A model generated the notes under the pieces. The model was not told the origin of the DNA and ran no database searches. It saw nothing but the letters and a program-made list of their open reading frames with translations. DNA of 64,000 nt from Conidiobolus incongruus B7586 (taxonomy: Eukaryota). Shown here piece after piece: positions 27,001 to 38,862 of the stretch (position 1 is its first letter; each line of letters starts with the position of its first letter). The stretch is from contig JNEM01006591.1 of assembly GCA_000697335.1 (NCBI GenBank), positions 1 through 64,000 of the forward strand, written 5' to 3'. Both the position numbers and the translations under genes were made by a program.

Positions 27001-28769
27001 TTCAAGAATTTAATATTTGTTTTACAACTGTTGAACGTCCCGAAGACCCTAACTCCTTACCGGAAATTCCCAACCCAGATCTTGAGCAAGGCATTCTACC
27101 ACAACTACTCCAATTTTTAGTAGAACGTAGACGTCATGTTAAACATATGATGAAAGATCCAAAATTGGATAAAGTGAAATATACTCAATTGAATATTCGT
27201 CAAACGGCCCTGAAATTGACAGCCAATAGTATGTACGGTTGTTTGGGTTTTACACACTCCAGATTTTATGCTAAACCTTTAGCTATGTTAATTACTTCTA
27301 GGGGTCGTGAAATTTTGCAAAATACTGTTCAAACTGCTCAGGAGGAGGGTCTTGATGTTATTTACGGTGATACAGATTCCATTATGATTTATACCGGATT
27401 GGATAATGCTAACGAAGCTATTAAAATTGGTCAAGTCTTCAAATCTAAAATTAATCAAAAGTATAAGTTATTAGAATTAGATACAGATGGTATTTACAAT
27501 CGTATGTTATTACTCAAGAAAAAGAAGTATGCTGCTATGATCAGTACTCCTGGCACTTCGAAACATACTTTGGAGACTAAAGGTTTAGATATGGTACGTA
27601 GAGATTGGTGTGAATTATCTCGTAACATGTCTAAATATGTACTTGACTTGTTACTTAGTGGGGATGATCGTGATGTATCATTAAGTCAGATTCATTCCTA
27701 TTTAACAGAGATGGGGATTCAAATTTCTTCGGGAAAGATTCCTATAGACCAGTTTGTTGTTGATAAGGGTTTAACTAAAAATCCTGAGAGCTATAGTGAT
27801 GCTAGCATTCATCCTCATGTTCAGGTAGCTCTTCAGCTTAAGAAAAGAGGTATTGTTGTTAAGCCGGGGGATACTGTCCCATATGTTATTTGTGATACGC
27901 CCAACCAAGCTGCTGAAAATGCTTCCAAATCTGGATCTGGTTATGCCTCGCGTGCTTTCCATCCTGAAGAAGTTTTGAATAATCCTGCACTTAAGATTGA
28001 TTATAAATGGTACCTTGCTAATCAAATTCATCCACCAATTGCACGTTTATTCGAACCAATTGATGGTACTGATGAAGCACACATTGCAGAATGTTTGGGG
28101 CTTGACCCTAATAAATACCGTGGATCATCAGCTGGTACACAGGATTCGATGATTTCATCGACGTTGCAATCCCTTGTCGCTGAGAGTGAACGTTTCCGCA
28201 ATATGCCCAAATTGACAATCACCTGTCCTCGTAATCATGGTGATTACACTATCGATCATGTGATTACACATAATGAAGGAGTGCCTCTTCTTGGTGTCAA
28301 GTGCCCTGAATCTACATGTGACTGGATGCCACGACCTGAAATGATTTCGTACAAATTACAGCATATCATCCGTAACGAGCTGCGCCAACTCAATACAATG
28401 TGGGTCCGTTGCGACGATTCCAGCTGCGGTTACCGCACGCGATCTATCTCAGTACGCAATACCCATCAAGGTCTTGGTAGAGGATGTCCGCGCGCTCACT
28501 GCGAAGGCCGTCTCTACCTCGAGCATTCACCATCTCGCTTCTACAGCGTGTTAGCTTATTTTGAAAGAATGTTTGACGAAAAGCAACAAATTTCCACATT
28601 TAAGGATCGTATCATCGATAAAGATAACCTGGCCGAGAAACAAGCTATCGCTACTTTATATAGAGTTTCTGTTGAGGAAACTTTGAAAGGTTATGGGGAC
28701 AGGAATCACAGAAGATATGTAGATCTCAAAGAGATTTTTAAGTATTGTCAACCACAAGCCACCTATTGA
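24055..28769 (+). CDS. POL1: DNA polymerase alpha catalytic subunit (multi-exon)
   Basis: N-terminal DFIEDDDGSGYVD; B-family motifs [58 protein letters not shown]; C-terminal Zn-binding domain. Confidence 0.97.
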
Positions 28770-29889
28770 ATTTGACTTCATGACTGTTTTCAATATCATA
28801 ATATAATATAGTTTTTCATAGTAATAAATCGATACGTATATAGTAAACTTTGGATCTTTTAGCAAAATTATTTTGAAAATTTTTCAAAATCTTGAATTAT
28901 TATTATCATATTCAATGCAATAATATTTTTTAACAAGTACTTAATACAATTTTCTTTCATCAAAATATTCAACGCTTATTAAGATTAAAATTTAATACTA
29001 ATACTTGATAAATTGAATTGATTCTGTACAAATTTTGAAATTTTAATGAATAATTTTAATATTGAAAAATATAATTTTATAATGAAAAATTTGTAGCTGT
29101 CAGGTCTTTCCAAAAACTTATTTGAATTCTTCAGGCATTATTTTAATATTAAGAATCAAATTTATTACAGATACCCAAGTCAATATCCATTCAAAATCAT
29201 TTGCAATTAGCATGGTTCTATATAATTACGAATAATTGATTATCTAATTCAGCATAATTTATTCCAAAGTACTGAAAAAATATTAATACTAGCAATTACT
29301 CAAAATAAGGACCAATGGAATAATTACCGACAAAATAATTGGTTAAAAAATTATAAATTTAATTGAAACACTATTTGATTTATTATCCAATGGAAAAAAT
29401 CTCATTTTTAGTTAGGATTAGTGTTAGCTTTCATCTATTTCAGTTTTATAACTCAGTTCCAACTCAAAAAGATTCTTATCACTAACTAATTGCTGGGACA
29501 TTCGTTGCAAATAGAGCTAGTATCCTCCAAATGTTGGAGAATGTTAGCGACCTGTCGTGTAAGTTCTTTAGAGTCAGTGCTGAGACGGTCGCGTAGCTGT
29601 TGTAAGTAGGCTTGATATTGCTGAGCTTCCGAAGTGTTTTGTTGAGAGATGTCGTGGCTTTGTGCATGGGAGCTTGAAATGTGATAGATTTTCGAAGGTG
29701 CTGAATATTAGAACAGAATCAAAAGTAGTTAGAAATTTAAATCTTAATTAGTGGGATTTCAAAAATTTATTAGATTTTTTAAAACTACAAATTTTTCTAG
29801 ATATTTCAATACTATTAGCACTCAAAAAAACTAAATTTAAAATTAAAAAATAAATAAAAACGAATCAAAGTTTATTAACTACCATACGA

Positions 29890-31137
29890 TTAATTGGGAA
29901 TTTTAATACCAATCACACTACCTCCATTTTCAATTTCACCTCGAAGCCACATCCAATTGGAAAAGATTGAGGGATCAAGGACGAGAGATTCCCAATGCGA
30001 GAGATTGCACTTAAACCATTTGAGATTTTCGAAGGGTACGAAATTTACAATATCCAGATTAAGACACTCAAGTTTGACTAGGTTGTTACTACATTTTAGG
30101 AGATTGCAAGGTACGGAGGTATTGGGTAATGTCAGTTCGCGAACTTGCGCTAGTCCTGACTTCCAATGATGATTTGAGGGTTGGTGAGTCAAGTAACATG
30201 TTAAAGACTGAAGATGGACGAGATCTAGGAAAATCAAGGGATTGAAATGTTCAGGTAGTTGAATACCGCCCAACAAGTACAATTCTTGGAGAGAATTTCG
30301 ATTCCTTTCCAAAACTCGGAATAATTGGTCCTCCTCTGATACTTGTTGCAAATTTAACTGTAGATGTTCCAGCTGGTTACAGGGGGTTAAGGCATTGAGG
30401 ATGAGAGTATCGTTGATAGAGCATTTTAGTTTAAATATTTTGAGATTGGCTACTTGGTGGCCAATATTGGATTGAATGTATTGTAACTGACTGATATTAC
30501 CATGAATGTCCAATTGCAAATAACTTAAATTATTACTGTCTGACATATTATTGGAAACTTCCATATTTGGAAAGTGGTCAATTTCATCCATTTTGATAGA
30601 TAAAACATCCAAATTACAATTCTCAAAATTGGGAAATAGGAAATTCTCAGAATATTCGCAATTTTTTGACGAGTATTGCAAAACTAATTTACATACTTGA
30701 TTTGGAATTGAAAAGTACTTAGATTCAGGCGTAAAAATCATTCCAATGTTTTTCAATTTTAAGGTATTAATTTGAGTTACGGCACTTATATTAACAAGGT
30801 GGTTTAATTTCAAATCGTTTAGATGTAATTCTGACAAGTAGGGAAATTTTACTGCGATCACAGAAAATACATCGGAATTTAGAATATGGCCTTCAATTGT
30901 AATCTTACCAATTTTATATCGAATATCGCTAACCTTTCCAAGTGTAATCAACTCATCATAATAATTAAATTTGTTGAATTTTACTTTCAAATCAACGGGG
31001 TAAGATTCAATTGCGATTTTGTTATATTCTGAACTCACCATTCTCAAATTTTTAAAATCTTCAAGGTCTAAATAAGGTATAAGGAGATCCAACAGATGAA
31101 GCTGATTTAATTCGTTGAGAATGTTGAAATATGTCAT
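29890..31137 (-). CDS. F-box-like protein with degenerate leucine-rich repeats, intronless
   Basis: 415-aa ORF. N-terminal LLDLLIPYLDLEDFKNLRMVSSEY resembles an F-box. Repeated LxxLxL motifs follow (LSELHL, LEHLQL, LQELYL). Confidence 0.65.
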   Translation of the reverse strand: MTYFNILNELNQLHLLDLLIPYLDLEDFKNLRMVSSEYNKIAIESYPVDLKVKFNKFNYYDELITLGKVSDIRYKIGKITIEGHILNSDVFSVIAVKFPYLSELHLNDLKLNHLVNISAVTQINTLKLKNIGMIFTPESKYFSIPNQVCKLVLQYSSKNCEYSENFLFPNFENCNLDVLSIKMDEIDHFPNMEVSNNMSDSNNLSYLQLDIHGNISQLQYIQSNIGHQVANLKIFKLKCSINDTLILNALTPCNQLEHLQLNLQQVSEEDQLFRVLERNRNSLQELYLLGGIQLPEHFNPLIFLDLVHLQSLTCYLTHQPSNHHWKSGLAQVRELTLPNTSVPCNLLKCSNNLVKLECLNLDIVNFVPFENLKWFKCNLSHWESLVLDPSIFSNWMWLRGEIENGGSVIGIKIPN

Positions 31138-32056
31138 CTTTTGTATATTATTACAATTATTATTATTCTATTATTATATTATTATATTATTTGTATATTT
31201 CTATCAATCTATTAAATAAAAAAAGAATTAAAGAGTAAGCTAAGAATTGATACCAACCGCAATATTTATACTTTCTCCTATCTCAATACGCCCAACAAAG
31301 GATTTCTAATGTACACAATGATGGAACTTGTTGACCTGTACACAGATTCCCCTCAATCAGAATAAGCCAATCACACTAGATTTTTGGTTAACTCTCGTGG
31401 ATTAAATGAGTCATTCATGCTTGTTATATTTGCATCCAATCAATTATAACTTAATGTTGTAATTAAGGGTTGGGTTCTAGATTGTCACTTGATCAAGTGT
31501 CTAATTATTTTTTAATTAGAAGATGGATTTAAGATAAAAAAATTCAATTTTAAAAATTCAAATCAAATTATTCAATAAATATATTTGATAATATTAATAA
31601 GAACATATTTTAAATCAAATTATTTCTAATAGGTTTGAGATATCAATTTTAAATGAATATCAATATTTAGTATCCAAAATAGTGTACACTAAATAACATT
31701 TCAACTGGATCAAAACGTATACAATGAATGAATGATTGGATAAATAATTCAGTTCATTACTCAAGCCAAAAAATATTGAATTATAACTTAAATATTTTTG
31801 AAATTGTTTATTGTAAGCATTAGAACAACTGATATTAAAAAACTTTGATTATGTTTTAAATTAAATATAATTTTAAATTTAACTATTTGTCTTCGGGAAT
31901 TTATTATTATTAATTATGATTGATAAATTTGATTAAAAAAATTCAATTTATATTTACATGAGAATCACTTCCAACCAATAATCTATTGAATATCGGTGGG
32001 AAATAAACTCAATATGATTTATTAATATAAAAATTGAATTGTTTCAATTTAAAATT

Positions 32057-35000
32057 TTAAGATAAGATACTTCGGAAACCACCCCACTTCTTCGTCGGCT
32101 GACTCGCTGGTGGATCTTGGGAGGCTACAGATCGGGAATCGGTTAGGGCGGAGACGCTACTGGACGCAGAATGAGATCCTGTAGTTTCTAGAGTTGCAAT
32201 TTTAGTACGAGCGGTGACCAACATTTGTTCGGTGGAGTGCAATTGGTCCTCGAGTTCCATATTCTTGGTGACAAGTGCAAGGTTTTTTTGAGCGAGTTGC
32301 TCCAGATGGTCCTTCAAAGCTTCCTCCGCACGCTGGCGTTCTGTGCTGAGACGCGCTTCCAACTCGTCGATCTTGGCTTGGAGCGTGCGGTTCAGTTGTT
32401 TTTGGTTTGCGAGTTCCGTCTGCACCTGGACGTACTCGTTCGCCATTTCGAGTTGGCCATTCGTCAAATCCTGAACTTTGGAGTCGAGGGTTCGGATGCG
32501 TTCTTCCAACTGTTGGTTGTTCGCAACTAACGAATTCACGAGCTTTTCTTCCTCGGTCAGACGCTTCAGCTCTGCGGTATATTCCTTAGCCCACTGTTTC
32601 AATTTGCGATCTTGGATTTGAAACTGTCTTGATTGCTGAATCACTTCATTGGTGTGAGTTTGGAAAATGTTGAAAATGTCCACTTTAAGATAGTTGAGTA
32701 ATTGTTCAAATTCCAAGCTCAAAATCTTTTCTTCGCCAAATTTCAGAAGGGTGAGTGCTATTTTGAAGAGTACATTGATACCTTCGAATAAAAGCATATC
32801 GATCACGCGGAATACGATCTTCATGGAGGATCTATAGCCAAATAGTGTCATGAACCATTGGGATGCGTACATGGACGATTGGACACCTTGACGCTCCAAG
32901 TGAGCGGAAATATTGGGGAAGAACATTTCCATCAAGCGCTCAAATTGATACGTTCGAATTTGGAGTCCAATCATATTGGGGACAAAGTGTTGGCGGAGAT
33001 CCCACTGTGTCATAAGTTTGGTAAGCATACAGAATGCTTCTTCGTCAGGCATGTTGAGGAGGAGAGGGCCAACAATGAATGGAAGACCTTGACAGTATCC
33101 TACTTCAGGATCGTAAAGTGAGTAACACTTCACCACATTAAATAAAGACTCCTGACCATGACCACCTTCACGTCGGAAGTATGTGAGACTGGGGTAAGTG
33201 CGGGATAAGTCTTGAGAAATGAGCTTTTCGTAAGGAGACGTACGTTTCAATAGGTCAACATATACATTTTCCATATCTGCGTTCTGGGATTTCGCCATGA
33301 GCTGCCAGAGAGTACCTCGCAATGAGACAGGAATACCCTGAATGAGGTGATGTTCGACGAGAGCTCTGTTCTTTTTGACCATAACCTCGTATTCACTGAC
33401 AAGTTTGCCCCAGAAGTCCCAATCAACATTTTGATCTTCTTGATCGTCATCCACACTCATCAAACTTTCGGAGCGGGAATAGGGCTTGGGATCCAAAAGG
33501 CTCATACGTTTAATCTGCATAGGAGTAGTTGGCTCAGGAGGAAGTTCGCGAGCATTCTTCTCAATAGTAGATGGAGGTTCAACAACTATGGGACTGTCGA
33601 GAATCTTTTTAGCATTGGACGACAAGTCGTCAGGTAAGGCCTTGTAAGAATCAACAGATTTACCTACTTGATGTTGAATAGTACTGGGAGTTCTCTGAAG
33701 GGTGTCACTCATTCCACGTTTTTTGCTTGGTGTGAAATATTTGGTGGGGGATGTGCGTTCGCTTAAAGTTTGCGTCAATCCTGTTGAAAGTACAACAGTT
33801 TCTGCTTTGGATTGGAACATGTTATAGAGTGACTGAACTTTGTTGAAGACTGATTTGGACTTCTTTTCTTCAGAGGCTGTGTAAGATGCTTCAGATTCGG
33901 AAGCTGATCTTTGAGATGTGGTGCGTTTAACAGGTTCAGCCATCATACTTGGTGGACTAGGTAATGAACCATGTGCAAGTTTTTGGAGTGGAGTATTATC
34001 ATCGTCATCATCTTCGGGTGATTGATTCATAATCATGAAAGAATCCTCACCTATAGATCTTCTACTAGAAGTTCTGTTGACGATTGGATTAAGCGCTTCA
34101 TCTTCAGCAGTGATGGTAGATGCAGATTTGGGCGTGTTGAGAGTAACATCAGACAATACTTCCCTGCTGAGGTTAGTAGATTGAGGTAAAATTGTTAGTG
34201 AAGATGGTTTGGCATTAGCTTCAAGTGTATCATTTGAATCCTTAATGAAATTCTCTTGATTCTTATAGGAATCAGTATCAGTATATTCATCTTCAATGGG
34301 AGTTGGATAAGCGAATAATTCTCGAGAATCAACTGATCTTGCGTAGTGAATATCATTATTATCAACAGTAAGATTATTCTCAAAATTAGTTGAATTTCTG
34401 TGAGAATCTTCAACATGTGATGACTTGACACTATCTTCGTAACCTTGATTCTCTTCTTTAATGAAGTCTCCTTGGTTCTTACATAATTCAGTATCAACAA
34501 AATCATTTTTGATAGACGTGGGATATGAGAGTAATTCTCTAGACTGTATTAACTGTTCATGATCATCATCGTCCTTAGTGACTATATTCTCGTCGTTTTC
34601 AGAATCCTTAGAGAGATCTTCAACTTGAGATAACTTGACACTAGTTTCAATTTCATCATTGGAATCCTTATTAAATTGATCTTGATCTTTATGTGACTTA
34701 TTATGGAGATGATCACCTTTAGCAGGTGCCGAATAAGCAAATGTTTCTTTAGCATCTGTGAAATGCTCATCATCAGCCTCATCGACAGCTTCAGTGATAT
34801 TCCTTTCAATATTTTCGGATTCTTCAGGCAAATCTTCGAGAGCTGAAAGCTCCTCATCAAGCTTAGGTTCGTGTAAATCGCGAGTCAAATCCATATCTCT
34901 AAACGATTCGGTATCGGTATGCTCATCTTCAAAAGGATCAGGATATAGGAATAATTCAGGAGGATTCACTAATGGCGCATCGTGAAATTCACCATCTTCA

Positions 35001-38000
35001 TCATTGTCTTCATGTTTGGTGACTTCAGTCTCAGCGTTGTTAATTTGAATTACAGATCCTTGACTGATGATCGAATCATTGTGAAATTGAGAGATTTCTG
35101 AGTCAACCGTAAAGTTACTTGGGTTAGGATTGTTGATCTGATCAATAGATCTGGACGCAATTGATTCATTTTCAATTTCATTATCCAAATCTTTGGATTG
35201 GGGTAATTGAGATAATATATTTTGGTCATTTGAAGGCATGTCACTAGCAACTTGTTTAGTTGATGCGCTCAACTCACTATTTTCATTGACAACTGATTTT
35301 GAAATCCTATCTTCTTCATTATGGCCATCGTCATCATCATTCATATGAGGTGGAGATGCTTGATTGAGAATAGATTCCTCAGCTTTTTTCGATTGAGGAT
35401 CATTATTATACAAATCATTATAAGTAACATCATCCTTAACAGTCGCAATAAGAACTTGACCTAAATCAGACTTAACATAATCATCTTGATCATCAGCTCT
35501 AGGAACTGATGGCACTGGAATAGATATAATTTCATCCCTCAAAATAGTTGAAGGTTTGGGAGTAACCGAATCCATATCTTCATCCTTATAATAAGAAAGA
35601 TCGAGGGTGCGTTCGGTAGAGATTGAAGATGGATCTTCGGAGTCTTCATTGACGAAATAACGTTGCATAAAGCTAGCAGGCTGAGTCTGTGTCCATTCTT
35701 GGGTAACCTCGTGGTCAGGTTCTGGTATGGAATGATCGTCGTCGGTAGATGACATGGATCGGGATTTGGCTAATTCAACAGATGGTTCGAGCGCATCATC
35801 AGAGTTTCCAGCAATTTGATCCTTTAATTCGGATTCTGAGTGATTAACTACTTCAGCATGATATGAAGTTTCTTTGAGTTCTTGTGCTTCTGTAATTTCA
35901 TCTTTAAGCTCATTACTAGTTTCAATTTCAGAGGCTGCATCTACAAACCGTTCACTACCGTCATCAACTGCTTCGAAATTTAATTGTTGACTATCTTCCA
36001 ATGACAATTGAGCTTTATCATCAATCAATTGCTCAACTGGATTATCTAATTCAGCTATAGGTGTAGCAAAGTTATTATCAGAATCTTGAATTTCGTCAAG
36101 TTCTTTATCTTCAGATTCGGAAGGAATTCCATTTTCTAAAATTATAGAATCTGGAAGTTTGACATGAGCAGGATTGACAGTATCATCAGAAGATTGTGAA
36201 GTTGTATTTGGGATTGTAATGTCACTAAAATTAACTGCCGCAGTGGTATCTTCAGAGACTTCGTCCTTCACATTCGATTTAGCTTCGTTGCTATCGACTA
36301 ACATATCCCTAGATTTGACAGCACTATTCTCATCAGCAAGAGATTCGGTTTTGGTGTTAGAGTCTAAAGCTTGTGATGCAATATCTACTTCAGATTCGGA
36401 TTGTTCAGCATCATTTGCAGTATCTTCAGCTTCTTCATTTTCGATATCTTTTTCTTCAGCATCATTCAACTTGCCATTAGTTGTACCAATTTGTGATTCA
36501 TCATTAGGATCTTCTACAGTATTTTCCAATATGACACTATCCATAGTAATATCATTTTGGTGATGCTTAGATGAAATTAATTCAGTGGGACGTTCAGCCA
36601 AGATTGGACCCGTATTCTCATATTGAAGAGATGGCAATTCTGAAATACCTCCACCAATTTGGATATGCGAATTCAAATCTAGTCCAGAAGTAGGAAGATG
36701 GATATCCAAATTGGAGTCAGCTACAGTCTTGTCAATTGAGTCGCCCATGCTTTGTTGACGGATTGGTGAAGTATTTTTTAAAGAAAATGATGGACGAGTG
36801 GCGTGACCGGTAAGGTCTTCCTTGTAGTGACCTTCTAATGATGATACAGAATGCTCATTAGTCAAATCGAGTTCAATATCTGCATCCGCAGCAGATTCAG
36901 TGTCAAAATTGGATCTTGAATCAAAAGTTTGCCTTGAAACACTCTGGATATCTTTTGAAGGTGTTTCATTATTGTCATTAATGCCAGATGGAACGTGAAT
37001 GCTTTGATTGAGATTTTGATAATTGGATTCACCTTCATCAAAATCAAATTTGTCATACATGGGACTACTCATATTGGTATTATATTCCTCATCTTCACTA
37101 TCAGATATAACAATATTTTGGGCTGATGAGCTAGAGATTTCGAAAAGTGGGCCGCCTGTCTCGGATCCATCAATATCCAAAATTGAAATTTCGCCAGGGT
37201 TAGTTTCAGTATGAATATTGATATAATTAGACAATAATGCCCCAGAGGATTTTGATTCGAGACCATCGTCGTCTTCTTCATCTTCATTTTCGGTGTCAAA
37301 GGAATATTGAGCTTTAGAAGTTTGTTTGAATTCAACGGGGCTTTCGATATATTCATCATCTTGATGAGGAGATAATCCAGAAATAATCAACTGGGGCGAA
37401 GGCTTAGGCTCTTCTGAACCTTCTTCAAAAATCTCGACTTGAGGAATAGGCTCACTTTGATCTTGAGCCTTTGAATAAGTTCTATCAGTTTCCTCAATTA
37501 CTTCATCAGTTGATTTTTCGTCTAAAATTGATTTATCCTCGAATTTAGTTGAGCCGATTGTGTCTGTCATAGATTCTTGCTCAGCTTCAGTTGAATCTAT
37601 TACTTTGGCAGCCTTGTGATCTGATTCAGACCAAGCAATAGGACCTGCAGCAACAAATTCAGGCTGTTCATTTCCAGCAGCCCTAGACTTAACTTTTTCG
37701 TCCTTAATATCACTTTCGCTAACAACTGAAGGCTCATCTAATTTTGAAGCAGAATTCACGTTTTCCGTGGTATTACCAACTAGACTTTTATCCTCTGCTT
37801 CGGATTGATCAATTATTGGCATTTCAGTTAAACTTTCTTGATGAGATTGTGTGATTGTTCCTTTAATATTATCACCTATTATTTCACTTTTATCCTCTTT
37901 TGAATCTGGTAACTCATCTGTTTTTTCATCAGACTCAGTAAGATCTTCAGTATCTTTTGGTAAATCTTCAATTTTGGTACTATTGACAGAAACTTCTTGT

Positions 38001-38862
38001 GTATTTTTTAAATTGTCATCCTCCTTAATTTGATTATTAGATTTCACATTTTTATCGTGGTGACCATCAATAGATTCAGAAATAATTTCTTCAACTGTCT
38101 TTTCATGACCATCTGCTGCGGGTTCACCGAAATCAAGCATCATTGGTTGAACCTTAATTCCAGTGCTAGGACTTTGAATAATTTCAGAATCTTCACTTTC
38201 TTCAAGATCCTGAGACTCTTGAATTAATCCTAAAGGCTCTTTTTGAGAGTGTTGTAACGCCGTTTCTTGAGAAATCATAGACAAGTCTTCAGCTTGTGAA
38301 TTCAAATCTGAATCCTTGTTGGATTTGTGACTACCCCTAGAAAATCTTCTGGGACTTCTGGGAGGTGGTACGGGAGTTGACAATTGCGTCGTTGTATCTT
38401 TAAAGCCTTCAGAAGTTTGGAGTGTTGAGGGCTTACCATTTGATTTCTTTTGTAATGAACCATTTATATCTAAAATTATCATAATGAATAAAACAATCAA
38501 ATAGAGTTATGAAAACTGAATACCTTTAACAGAATTATCTAATTTAACATATTCTTTTTCTCTAACCACTTGGCCTAAAGCTAAAATATAAATTACGTTG
38601 ATAATCTTGATATTAGATATCTATAACATAATTCACCTTGCATAGAAAATCGATTCCTCCTCGGTGCGAATTCCATTTTACTTTCAGGTTCCTTTGGAGG
38701 AATACTACCGGTTAAAGAATTCCTCTTACTTCTAAAAGGAGGCGGTGATGTTGTAACATCTTTCTCACTTTTACCACTTTTATTTTTTAAATTTTCAAAT
38801 ATTTCCATTCTGGACTTAACTGACATGCTAGGACTTTTAAATTTAGATCTGTCCGTCATCAT
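32057..38862 (-). CDS. Large TBC-domain Rab GTPase-activating protein (Gyp5/Evi5-like) with long acidic disordered N-terminus and C-terminal coiled coil; 3 exons
   Basis: GIPVSLRGTLWQL, ISQDLSRTYP (IxxDxxR), VGYCQGL (YxQ), EEAFCML, YASQWFMTLF and a heptad-rich C-terminus. Two small upstream exons at ~38636-38862 and ~38524-38581. Confidence 0.92.

Noticed and set aside
13681..28769. Functional cluster of DNA polymerases eta and alpha
   Set aside because: Separated by unrelated housekeeping genes. Proximity is plausibly chance without synteny evidence.
32225..38227. Numerous short antisense or alternate-frame ORFs inside the RabGAP (similarly in POL1, AsnRS and CWH41)
   Set aside because: Shadow ORFs of long GC-richer coding sequence.
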